Below the pieces are notes generated by a model, which was given only the letters and a program-made list of their open reading frames with translations, did not search any database and was not told the origin of the DNA. A stretch of DNA of 45,642 nt. Source: a virus. Position 1 is the first letter of the stretch; each line of letters starts with the position of its first letter. Position numbers and translations under genes: made by a program. This document shows positions 1-7,083 of this stretch, one piece after another. The stretch is taken from the IMG/VR virus record IMGVR_UViG_3300009073_000008; one strand, 5' to 3'.

Positions 1-123
1 TGCTGTTAGGTAGTGGGTTGCCATAAAAGAAATTACTTGCAAATGGCTCAAAGACTGTCTTTGCAAAGCCATATACCTTCTCACCCTTGTATGAAATGAG
101 CATCGGTACATCCAAAATGACAA
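1..123. repeat. terminal overlap identical to 45520..45642 (circular-contig closure)
   Basis: Base-by-base comparison: tgctgttaggtagtgggttgccataaaag...tccaaaatgacaa occurs at both window ends. Confidence 0.9.
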
Positions 124-1015
124 TACCGTTAGCGATAACTACGTACTCATCAAGAAACTTGTCATAGTGTTTGATAACCTCAACGTCCTCACCCTCATTG
201 CTGCAACGACTGTGCCACGCGTTTTCCTCATTCATAAAGGTATTGTTCGCGCCGTCTGGTGTGAGTGTAGTGTTTGCTTTTAGCTTTGGTACGTTGTTCT
301 TATCAGCCTTAACAACCTTCTGAGCATCCTTATACGCTCCAAATTCGTCTTGAAAGTCCGCAAGTGAGTAATATTTGATGCGATCTATGTATGGCATCTT
401 CTGAATATTGCCCTTTTCTACTGTAAAAGTAGGGAAATACATCTCTTCAAGGGGTATGATGCTATCACTACACTGCGCCCTAACGATCTTTTCTTCCTCT
501 TCCCAGTCAAAATCCATCGTCTCCACGTTGTAACTTGTGATGGTCTTGTGCTTGCGCTTCACCGTTTCATATGTGCACTCTTCAATCACAGTACCTTTGG
601 TTGCAAGCTCTAGCGCACTGAAAAAGTTGTCAGTCTGCAATGAGTCTTGCAAGTCCTCAATCTGCCGTGAGTAGTCAACTAAGTGAGATATAACCTCTGC
701 ACGCTTCTGGTCTGGTGCGCTCCCTTGCTTGTTGGCTCTAATATTTGCCGTTGGTACACTCCCGGATGCACCTGCGATAATAGCCTTTACTTTGTTTCTC
801 GTTGTAGGATGGAAAAAGTTAGCTTGCCAGTCCTCCTTACCCTGCTCCTCCCGGGACGGCGTGTAACCATTAAAGCGCTTCTCCATGTCATTGATAAACT
901 CAATCAATGTACGGTCATTAAAAAACCTCTGCGATGAATTACGCAAATTGATAGAGACCTGTGCCTTCTGGTAAATCTCTTTTGCTCTATCTTGTTTTGG
1001 GTTTTTCTTTGCCAT
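1..1015 (-). CDS. portal protein, N-terminal ~338 codons (gene crosses the circular junction; remainder is 45519..44615)
   Basis: ATG at 1015-1013 (MAKKNPKQDRAKEIYQKAQVSINLRNSSQRFFNDRTLIEF...). The frame stays open to base 1. It is in phase with ORF 44615..45634 once the 123-nt overlap is removed (1015+905 nt = 640 codons). Lies between TerL and scaffold genes. Confidence 0.75.
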   Translation of the reverse strand, partial: MAKKNPKQDRAKEIYQKAQVSINLRNSSQRFFNDRTLIEFINDMEKRFNGYTPSREEQGKEDWQANFFHPTTRNKVKAIIAGASGSVPTANIRANKQGSAPDQKRAEVISHLVDYSRQIEDLQDSLQTDNFFSALELATKGTVIEECTYETVKRKHKTITSYNVETMDFDWEEEEKIVRAQCSDSIIPLEEMYFPTFTVEKGNIQKMPYIDRIKYYSLADFQDEFGAYKDAQKVVKADKNNVPKLKANTTLTPDGANNTFMNEENAWHSRCSNEGEDVEVIKHYDKFLDEYVVIANGIVILDVPMLISYKGEKVYGFAKTVFEPFASNFFYGNPLPNS

Positions 1016-1024
1016 TACTCAGCT

Positions 1025-1249
1025 TTATTTGGTTGCTAACTCTTCACGATCTCGCTTTGCGTTTAAATCCTCACCGCCTAGATTGCCTAGCTCCTGTCCT
1101 AGCCACATCTTTGCCTCCTGTAACTTGGTGATTGCTAATGCTCTCTCGCGTGAGCCCCCTGTAAAAGTATTGAGATTGTTCACAATCACTTGTATCTCTG
1201 CTCGTAATATCTTGCAAGCCTCTTGAGTCATTTCGTTATCTGGTGTCAT
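1025..1249 (-). CDS. hypothetical 74-aa helical protein (possible Acb2/Tad1-hairpin-like)
   Basis: ORF between TerL and portal. Motif SRERALAITKLQEAKMWLG resembles, from memory, the xLAxTKLEEAxMW hairpin motif of the Phage_gp49_66/Acb2 family. Not verified. Confidence 0.55.
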   Translation of the reverse strand: MTPDNEMTQEACKILRAEIQVIVNNLNTFTGGSRERALAITKLQEAKMWLGQELGNLGGEDLNAKRDREELATK

Positions 1250-1258
1250 AATGTTGTT

Positions 1259-2830
1259 TTAATAATTTGATGCTCTACGATGTAATGCGTTCTTTACTCT
1301 GCGTACTCTACGCTTCTTTCTCTCTGGTTTTTTGTATGATTGAGACCTTGCTTGCCACCCGATAATTCCCGAGGTTAGCAAATCAAAGTGTCTGGTCAGT
1401 ATTCCCTTGGTTTTACCTGCAAAATCAGTCTGTGTAAACGCTCTCATCTCCTGTAAAAATTCAATATCATAAATGGTGATGTTGCCGTCCTCAAAGTCTT
1501 TCTTAAATCCATACCACGCTTCATGCTTTGTGCGACTTGTTGTGCGCCATCCCAACTTATCTGTTTGCTTGTCTGCTGTTTTCTCGATCTCCACTTGCCT
1601 ATAGATGTTGGGGTAACTCTCAGACTTCAATGCTGCTACAGTCGCGTGTCCAGTGTTATTCACTTCCGGGGCTAAGATACATGAGCCATAGTTATTCCCC
1701 AGTCGCATCATCTCGTAACCAAATAAGTCTGGTGCAACGTCTGCGCTGTAGTATGTGCCGATCAGTGCACTCTTGGTGTAGTCAAAGAGTGATAGCGCAT
1801 TTGCATCCCTTCCCTCACCCTCACTTGTATCACCGCCAATGCCGTACTTATGATGTGGCTTGTATGTGTCCCACACCTTCACCAATCCATCCATCTTGAG
1901 TTGGTCAGCAGCCAATTTGATAGCCCTATCCACCAATACACGATTGAAAAAAGCATCTTGCGCCTTGGATGGGTCACATAGGTAGTCACCTTCCCAGTCA
2001 TCAGCATCATCTTTAATCTTTGCAATCTTCTCCGGGGTATTCTTACTCCATGTAGATTTGCCGTCTGCATCAATGATGGGTGTGATATGTGTGACAATCG
2101 TTTTCTTTTGTTTAAACCATTCGATTGAGCCTTGGTCTGATATGTAGTTGGCTGTCACTACATATGAACCGTCATCACTCATACCTTGAATAGCCTCATC
2201 ACATTTCGCCACGATAGACTCCGTTTGAACCAATGATCTGATAGTCTCGCTATCCTCAATGTCCTCAAACCACAACCAATCCGGGCGAAACTCTGCCTGT
2301 GCGTGGCCACGTTGTCGCTGTCCGACTGTACCGCCAAGGTACTTTACGCCGTTTTGCATGGTAAAGGACTTCATTGTTTCCTCACGTTTCTTGCCATCTC
2401 CACCGTCAAAGGCATTTCCATAGATACCCTCCACCTCAACAATGAGGTTGTAGACATCTGTTACGATCTGCTTTGAGTTCTGAATATCGCTTGTGAGTAC
2501 CTTAATGTAGTGTCTACGGTCTTTTCTACCGTCATTGAGCAATACATAAGCATCAAACAATTTCTTTATCGTTGTCTTAGCGCATCCTCGAAAGCCAATA
2601 TTCAAGTAATTCTCTTCTCCAAGGTATGATTTTATGTAATGCACGATCATCTCTTTATGAAATGGTGCACTCTCATGCTTGAAATAGTTAGGAAAATTAC
2701 CCCTAACGAAATATTGAAACTTTTTGTAAATGCGCTCTATGCTATCCTCTCCATCAAAGCCATAAAGTTTTTTCTTTTCTTGATTACTGCCGTATTTGAT
2801 AATATTTTTGATCTCCTTTTTTGCGTCCAT
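1259..2830 (-). CDS. terL: terminase large subunit
   Basis: 523 aa. Walker A-like GFRGCAKTT, Walker B-like DWLWFEDIED, RNaseH-like nuclease segment GIGGDTSEGEGRDANALSLFD. Follows TerS. Confidence 0.92.
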   Translation of the reverse strand: MDAKKEIKNIIKYGSNQEKKKLYGFDGEDSIERIYKKFQYFVRGNFPNYFKHESAPFHKEMIVHYIKSYLGEENYLNIGFRGCAKTTIKKLFDAYVLLNDGRKDRRHYIKVLTSDIQNSKQIVTDVYNLIVEVEGIYGNAFDGGDGKKREETMKSFTMQNGVKYLGGTVGQRQRGHAQAEFRPDWLWFEDIEDSETIRSLVQTESIVAKCDEAIQGMSDDGSYVVTANYISDQGSIEWFKQKKTIVTHITPIIDADGKSTWSKNTPEKIAKIKDDADDWEGDYLCDPSKAQDAFFNRVLVDRAIKLAADQLKMDGLVKVWDTYKPHHKYGIGGDTSEGEGRDANALSLFDYTKSALIGTYYSADVAPDLFGYEMMRLGNNYGSCILAPEVNNTGHATVAALKSESYPNIYRQVEIEKTADKQTDKLGWRTTSRTKHEAWYGFKKDFEDGNITIYDIEFLQEMRAFTQTDFAGKTKGILTRHFDLLTSGIIGWQARSQSYKKPERKKRRVRRVKNALHRRASNY

Positions 2831-2839
2831 CGTGGTATC

Positions 2840-3343
2840 TTAGTCAGTCATCTTGTCGATTGCATCATCAATCTCACCTTCACGTTCCTTGGTCAATGCG
2901 ACTGCGCCAGAGTGTTTTACTGCTAGAGTGTCGCCGTAACCCATACTCTTGCCCTGCGTCTTTGCAACAAACTTTGCTGTGTCCTGCGCCAACTTCCGGT
3001 CTGCCTTATAGTCATCAAGCGTGTCCTCTAGCACTTGCTCTGCCTTATCCAGTAGACGTGTCCTGCGCTCCATCGCGGTCTGAAACCACTCCGGGTTTTC
3101 ATACGTTATCTGGTCTGCATACTCCTCTGAGAACCCTGCTGCGATAGCGCTACCACGCGCATTTCCAAAGGTTTCACTCTGAGGATTGAGATATAACGAC
3201 AAAAACTCTACTTGCCGGGGGCTTAGTAGCTTCTCCGGTGGGCTCTCTTTGACGGCCTTTTTAGCTGCCTTTTTTACCACCTTTTTAGCTACCTTTTTAC
3301 GCGTAGCCTTTTTCTTTACTTTTCTTACTATTCTTTTTGCCAT
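2840..3343 (-). CDS. terS: terminase small subunit with Lys/Ala-rich N-terminal tail
   Basis: LSPRQVEFLSLYLNPQSETFGNARGSAIAAGFSEEYA matches the Terminase_2-type HTH pattern. Immediately upstream of TerL. N-terminus is MAKRIVRKVKKKATRKKVAKKVVKKAAKKAVKE. Confidence 0.8.
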   Translation of the reverse strand: MAKRIVRKVKKKATRKKVAKKVVKKAAKKAVKESPPEKLLSPRQVEFLSLYLNPQSETFGNARGSAIAAGFSEEYADQITYENPEWFQTAMERRTRLLDKAEQVLEDTLDDYKADRKLAQDTAKFVAKTQGKSMGYGDTLAVKHSGAVALTKEREGEIDDAIDKMTD

Positions 3344-3349
3344 TTTGAA

Positions 3350-3400
3350 ATAAAAAAAAGCAACCAGATGTCGCGATATACTCGCGTTATCTGATTGCTT
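3350..3400 (-). terminator. intrinsic terminator of late leader copy 1
   Basis: Minus strand: AAGCAATCAGAT-(19 nt)-ATCTGGTTGCTT, a 12-bp stem with one G-U pair, followed by TTTTTTTTATTTC. Ends just before the TerS ATG. Confidence 0.7.
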
Positions 3401-3453
3401 ATTTTTCGGATGTCAGCAATGGGTAGATTATGTGCTACCTCACTATTCAATTA
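3350..3453 (-). ncRNA. structured late-operon leader RNA, copy 1 (antiterminator/terminator switch candidate)
   Basis: Shares blocks with copy 2: TAATTGAATAG, a variable 5-bp hairpin, TTGCTGACAyCCGAAAAAyAAGCAA, then the terminator. Predicted start is about 7 nt after the -10 hexamer. Confidence 0.5.
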
Positions 3454-3458
3454 ACATT

Positions 3459-3487
3459 ATTATAGCACATAAGCCAACCCACAACAA
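3459..3487 (-). promoter_or_regulatory. sigma70-type promoter with extended -10 (late promoter 1)
   Basis: Minus strand TTGTTG-17 nt-TATAAT, preceded by TGc (TGCTATAAT). Confidence 0.55.
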
Positions 3488-3530
3488 CCACTTTAAGATT
3501 TGCCATATTCTTTATTTTTTCTGCTATCAA

Positions 3531-3623
3531 CTACCAGTTACACGTCCAACATGTACCTTCCTCAATTTCTTTTTCGCTCTCAAGCTCACCGTTGCAAATC
3601 TTACATTTTGATTTCTTGCTCAT
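3531..3623 (-). CDS. 30-aa zinc-ribbon microprotein (below ORF-track cutoff)
   Basis: My translation: MSKKSKCKICNGELESEKEIEEGTCWTCNW, with CxxC-17-CxxC. Fills the gap between the 160-aa gene and late promoter 1. Confidence 0.3.
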   Translation of the reverse strand: MSKKSKCKICNGELESEKEIEEGTCWTCNW

Positions 3624-3672
3624 AATTACTATTTTCAATGATTATAAATATATAATGATATCCTCCATGTAC

Positions 3673-3700
3673 TGTATACCCATATTCCACTGTTTGTCAA
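3673..3700 (-). promoter_or_regulatory. possible promoter
   Basis: Minus strand TTGACA-16 nt-TATACA, directly after the stop of gene 3706..4188. Confidence 0.3.
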
Positions 3701-3705
3701 TATTT

Positions 3706-4188
3706 CTATGACCATTTTATATTTTGAACATGCCACACAATATCTTTATGGTTGCAATTCTGCATCACCTTATCAGCCTTGCCCTGGGTATACGTGACAC
3801 TTGTAACCTTCTTGCAATCATCACATTCTATATGATTTACCAATGATAAAGGTTTACTTTTATTAATCCAATCAGCACTATCCTTGCACCGCTCCACAAA
3901 ATCAGACATCCTATCCCAATCTCCTGCATTCAGTGTTTGTGGTTCTAGCATACGATAGCTTGTAAGATCACCCCAATCTTCCAAGCCTATAATATCTCTT
4001 ACATACTTTTTGAAGTAGTCATGCTGCTCATCATAAGTCTTGCCATTTTCCCACAGTGTCATCACTGAGGTGATACCGCTCATCATGCCAATGGCAATAT
4101 AACCATTACTCACCTCAAGCTCAATCCTTATAGCGTCACACGTCCGCGATCTTTTCATTGTGACCAAAACATCTTCTAGTGTTTTCAT
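3706..4188 (-). CDS. hypothetical 160-aa protein with C-terminal CxxC...CxH cluster (candidate late-gene regulator)
   Basis: Long ORF, last sizeable gene before late promoter 1. Contains ECDDCKKVTSVTYTQGKADKVMQNCNH. Confidence 0.8.
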   Translation of the reverse strand: MKTLEDVLVTMKRSRTCDAIRIELEVSNGYIAIGMMSGITSVMTLWENGKTYDEQHDYFKKYVRDIIGLEDWGDLTSYRMLEPQTLNAGDWDRMSDFVERCKDSADWINKSKPLSLVNHIECDDCKKVTSVTYTQGKADKVMQNCNHKDIVWHVQNIKWS

Positions 4189-4191
4189 AAT

Positions 4192-4887
4192 CTATACTTT
4201 TAAATCAATAAATCTCATATCTATCACACCCTTCATCTTCCAAAAATCGCCCCTTTGAAAGCTCCATATATCATCCCCATCCTTGCCTTTCACACTCACC
4301 CTAACAGTCATTACCTTACCATCATCACTAACAATAATATTTTTACAAAATGCAGATAATTCACCGCGCTTCATGTCGCCAACATTTCTACCAACTACAA
4401 ATAGCATTTTTCTATCGTGCATCCTTCCCACATAGCAATCAATCTCCGGTGACGGCTTCCGGGGCTTTTTGTACACATCAAGTCTCATAGGCGCATATGC
4501 CGGAAACCAATCCTCCCAATACAAATGGCCATATCGTCTATCAATGTTAAAGATCATATACCCACCCTCCAAACAACTCATCACGACTCTCTCTCCAAAG
4601 TCCTCACCCATAATCGGCATATCAAATACATCGTATTCCTTTACAACAATTTTTTCAGATATACCCATGCACCTCTCTCCGCTCAATAAAACACAATACC
4701 CAAACTCGAAACACAGGTAGCCTACATCAGCATATTCATTGTTGGTGGCTTTGATATATGGCTTCGCGTCATCATTCTTTATCATTTCTACCCATCTCTC
4801 TTGTTCGATCTCTTCTTTTTGTTTTGGTGGCTCGCACTCGGGCTTACCGCAAAACATCGTCCGTATCTCTGGTGTACATTTACACAT
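4192..4887 (-). CDS. hypothetical 231-aa protein, Cys-rich N-terminus
   Basis: ORF tightly packed with neighbours. N-terminus MCKCTPEIRTMFCGKPECEPP. Confidence 0.8.
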   Translation of the reverse strand: MCKCTPEIRTMFCGKPECEPPKQKEEIEQERWVEMIKNDDAKPYIKATNNEYADVGYLCFEFGYCVLLSGERCMGISEKIVVKEYDVFDMPIMGEDFGERVVMSCLEGGYMIFNIDRRYGHLYWEDWFPAYAPMRLDVYKKPRKPSPEIDCYVGRMHDRKMLFVVGRNVGDMKRGELSAFCKNIIVSDDGKVMTVRVSVKGKDGDDIWSFQRGDFWKMKGVIDMRFIDLKV

Positions 4888-4901
4888 ATATTTTTGTAAT
4901 G

Positions 4902-5114
4902 TTATTTATTTTTCATGTGCAACTCATAGCACTCTTTGTGATACTTCCAACATTTATCATGGTGTGTCGTACCCTCATTTACCTCAACAAAATCAATCTC
5001 TCTCACAAAATCCTCCTCTTCTGTCATGTTGCACATGCAACAAGTAGAGTCCATGTCACAGCCATCACAAAATAAACTCTCACCTGTCTCAATCGCTAAC
5101 TCTTCCTTTGTCAT
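4902..5114 (-). CDS. hypothetical 70-aa Cys/His-rich protein
   Basis: CDGCDMDSTCCMCNM...HHDKCWKYHKECY. Packed in the operon. Confidence 0.65.
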   Translation of the reverse strand: MTKEELAIETGESLFCDGCDMDSTCCMCNMTEEEDFVREIDFVEVNEGTTHHDKCWKYHKECYELHMKNK

Positions 5115-5136
5115 AGTAATGTTATATGTGGGTTAG

Positions 5137-5229
5137 TTATAAACCTTTTAATATCTGTCCTATCGCATAAAGCTCTCCCACCATCAAGCCCATTAAACCT
5201 ATTATTACTAAATATTGCCAGTCTTTCAT
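5137..5229 (-). CDS. possible 30-aa single-TM microprotein
   Basis: My translation: MKDWQYLVIIGLMGLMVGELYAIGQILKGL. Fills an otherwise empty gap. Confidence 0.3.
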   Translation of the reverse strand: MKDWQYLVIIGLMGLMVGELYAIGQILKGL

Positions 5230-5248
5230 ATACTTTATATCTATTGAT

Positions 5249-5395
5249 TTATAAAATTTTAGAAATTAGATACACGATACCGTAACTCACTGCAAATAGA
5301 TTGATACATGCCACTGCGATGATAGACCAGAAGTAGTCCGGTGGCTTACCATAGTCTGCTACTTCCCATCCGGGCATAAATTTTTCGCGCTTCAT
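5249..5395 (-). CDS. possible 48-aa membrane protein
   Basis: My translation: MKREKFMPGWEVADYGKPPDYFWSIIAVACINLFAVSYGIVYLISKIL. Its ATG overlaps the upstream stop (TAATG). Confidence 0.45.
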   Translation of the reverse strand: MKREKFMPGWEVADYGKPPDYFWSIIAVACINLFAVSYGIVYLISKIL

Positions 5396-5577
5396 TACTT
5401 CGTGATTAAAAAGATTGCTACCAATAGTGCGCCAATAAGTACTGAAAGGAAAAATGCTGCACCAAACCCCACGATTGAAAACAATCTGCGCTCATCCCGG
5501 TACTCATCACATTTCATGCAATGGCAACCCACGGTGTACTTCCAATGCCTACGATGCGATCTTCTCTCTTCTCCCAT
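5395..5577 (-). CDS. hypothetical 60-aa tail-anchored membrane protein
   Basis: Basic N-terminus with CHCMKCDEY, C-terminal TM segment FSIVGFGAAFFLSVLIGALLVAIFLI. Confidence 0.6.
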   Translation of the reverse strand: MGEERRSHRRHWKYTVGCHCMKCDEYRDERRLFSIVGFGAAFFLSVLIGALLVAIFLITK

Positions 5578-5598
5578 AAACTTTTTTAAAATTATTTA

Positions 5599-5862
5599 TT
5601 AGTCCCAACTCGATACCATGCCACCGGTCATATCTCCAATCGGGTCAAGACCTGTCATGTCACCCACAGCGCCACCGGGCGTAAGTGGTATGTGCTCAAC
5701 ACTGCCTGTGCCACCGCCTGTGTCGCCCCCTCTGCGCTCAATGCCTGTAAGACAATTACTTGATGCCTCACACGCCTCTCTTCTCTCTTTCGCTGTAATT
5801 GAGACAAGCATGATAATCAAGACTATCAATACATTGAATAAGATTAAATGTCTGTTTGTCAT
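5599..5862 (-). CDS. hypothetical 87-aa N-terminally anchored protein, Gly-rich C-terminus
   Basis: TM segment LILFNVLIVLIIMLVSI, repeated GDMTG motif. Confidence 0.65.
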   Translation of the reverse strand: MTNRHLILFNVLIVLIIMLVSITAKERREACEASSNCLTGIERRGGDTGGGTGSVEHIPLTPGGAVGDMTGLDPIGDMTGGMVSSWD

Positions 5863-5878
5863 ATGTTTTTGCTAAAAA

Positions 5879-6052
5879 TTAGTTATTCTTTGGTTTTTTC
5901 TCCTCGTTCTCCATGATAATTCTGGGCTTCACATAAATAAGCATCCCTTTCTTGTTTTTCTTAAATTCAAGAATTAATTTGCCACGCATAAATCCCGATT
6001 TTTCAATCAGTACAATATGCTTTTGTATCTCTGCGTAGTCCTCATGTTTCAT
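5879..6052 (-). CDS. hypothetical 57-aa protein (below ORF-track cutoff)
   Basis: My translation: MKHEDYAEIQKHIVLIEKSGFMRGKLILEFKKNKKGMLIYVKPRIIMENEEKKPKNN. Fills the 5863-6068 gap. Confidence 0.5.
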   Translation of the reverse strand: MKHEDYAEIQKHIVLIEKSGFMRGKLILEFKKNKKGMLIYVKPRIIMENEEKKPKNN

Positions 6053-6068
6053 GTGTTTTTTTTAGACT

Positions 6069-6251
6069 CTATTTTTTATTTACCTCCTGTCTGATCTGCT
6101 TTTTTATCCGCTCCCTTCTGCGCCTCGTCCACGCGCGACTATCAAATGGGCTGATATTTTCTTGGCGCTCTCTAAAGCTCAACATCTTTAAAGCCAATTT
6201 TCTTTTCAGACTCTTCTTGTGCCTTCTTTTCATATTGTTATTTTTCGCCAA
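6069..6251 (-). CDS. hypothetical 60-aa highly basic protein
   Basis: Arg/Lys-rich throughout (KRRHKKSLKRK...RRRRERIKK). Confidence 0.55.
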   Translation of the reverse strand: MAKNNNMKRRHKKSLKRKLALKMLSFRERQENISPFDSRAWTRRRRERIKKQIRQEVNKK

Positions 6252-6429
6252 TTACTTTTTTCTCATCCTCCATCTCTACCTCACACTCATTGCCCTTGTG
6301 TCCTTGACCGAAATGCAACTGAAACGCTGTTAACATTTCCTTAATCAAAGGACTTGCTGCTTCGTACTGAGTTTTTGAGCCATACTTGATACGTATAGTT
6401 ATCACTTCCTCGTCGTAAATCTTTGGCAT
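6238..6429 (-). CDS. hypothetical 63-aa protein
   Basis: ORF in operon context. Confidence 0.6.
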   Translation of the reverse strand: MPKIYDEEVITIRIKYGSKTQYEAASPLIKEMLTAFQLHFGQGHKGNECEVEMEDEKKVIGEK

Positions 6430-6446
6430 ATTTTTGAAATAGAAAA

Positions 6447-6710
6447 TTACATCATTATTGTGTACTCGATATATCCAAGTAAAGCCTCCTCTAATGTTTC
6501 CCCAACAAATACGCCGGGGTCGCCCATAAACGGCACAACACCATCACTCTCATACAATTTCTTGTCAAGCTCGTTGTTTATCAATTCTTTTGGTGAGTAA
6601 ACAAAGAACTCATATCTGTGAGTATTTTGTGATGAAACGCTGTGTACAGCCTTAATCTCAATGTCTGGCACTTCTCTTTGTAATATGTACAGATATTCTG
6701 CTTCTCTCAT
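6447..6710 (-). CDS. hypothetical 87-aa protein
   Basis: ORF in operon context. Confidence 0.7.
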   Translation of the reverse strand: MREAEYLYILQREVPDIEIKAVHSVSSQNTHRYEFFVYSPKELINNELDKKLYESDGVVPFMGDPGVFVGETLEEALLGYIEYTIMM

Positions 6711-6711
6711 G

Positions 6712-7083
6712 CTATTTTTTTAGATTGTTGATAATTATTTCTGTTGAAAAATCTTTGTGCCCAGGGGACTTCTTGAAACTTCCCTCTATCACAAGTGCAT
6801 CGTCTTTAATAATCCCTGCCTTCTGCAATACATCATTGATTGACGCAATCATATTGTCCGTATCAGTGTCCATTCGACCCTTCATGCAAAACTCATAATG
6901 GATATGCACCGGCTGCGCGTAGTGGACTTTGTATTTTTTCAACTGCCACAATGCTGCTTCCTCAAAGACTCCATATGCTTTGGACGATATGACAAAGGTT
7001 TTTCCTGTGTGCTTATTGCGACCCACCCTCTTGCTGTTCTTCTTGGATGCCACTCTCCCGGTCAAGTTTATTTTCGTTTTCAT
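6712..7083 (-). CDS. rusA: RusA-family Holliday junction resolvase
   Basis: INLTGRVASKKNSKR N-terminus and DTDNMIASINDVLQKAGIIKDDALV (RusA D-x-DN...DD motif). Confidence 0.85.
   Translation of the reverse strand: MKTKINLTGRVASKKNSKRVGRNKHTGKTFVISSKAYGVFEEAALWQLKKYKVHYAQPVHIHYEFCMKGRMDTDTDNMIASINDVLQKAGIIKDDALVIEGSFKKSPGHKDFSTEIIINNLKK

Noticed and set aside
1-123. Terminal repeat as a genuine direct terminal repeat or cos end
   Set aside because: It falls in the middle of the portal coding frame and reconstitutes a continuous ORF, which is what an assembly overlap of a circular contig looks like. It cannot be proven without reads.
3396-3420. The leader loop CCGAAAAA / GCTGACA resembles the lambda boxB (GAAAAA) and P22 boxB (UGACAAA) loops
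   Set aside because: The segment is not closed by a short GC boxB-type stem and has no boxA-like partner. The similarity covers only a few A-rich bases, so I do not call it a nut site.
7013-7083. The 71-nt overlap between the 189-aa gene and rusA as a possible frameshift, fusion or sequencing error
   Set aside because: Both frames are open with plausible termini, and the RusA N-terminus INLTGRVASKKNSKR looks genuine. There is no slippery heptamer. I treat it as a simple overlap.
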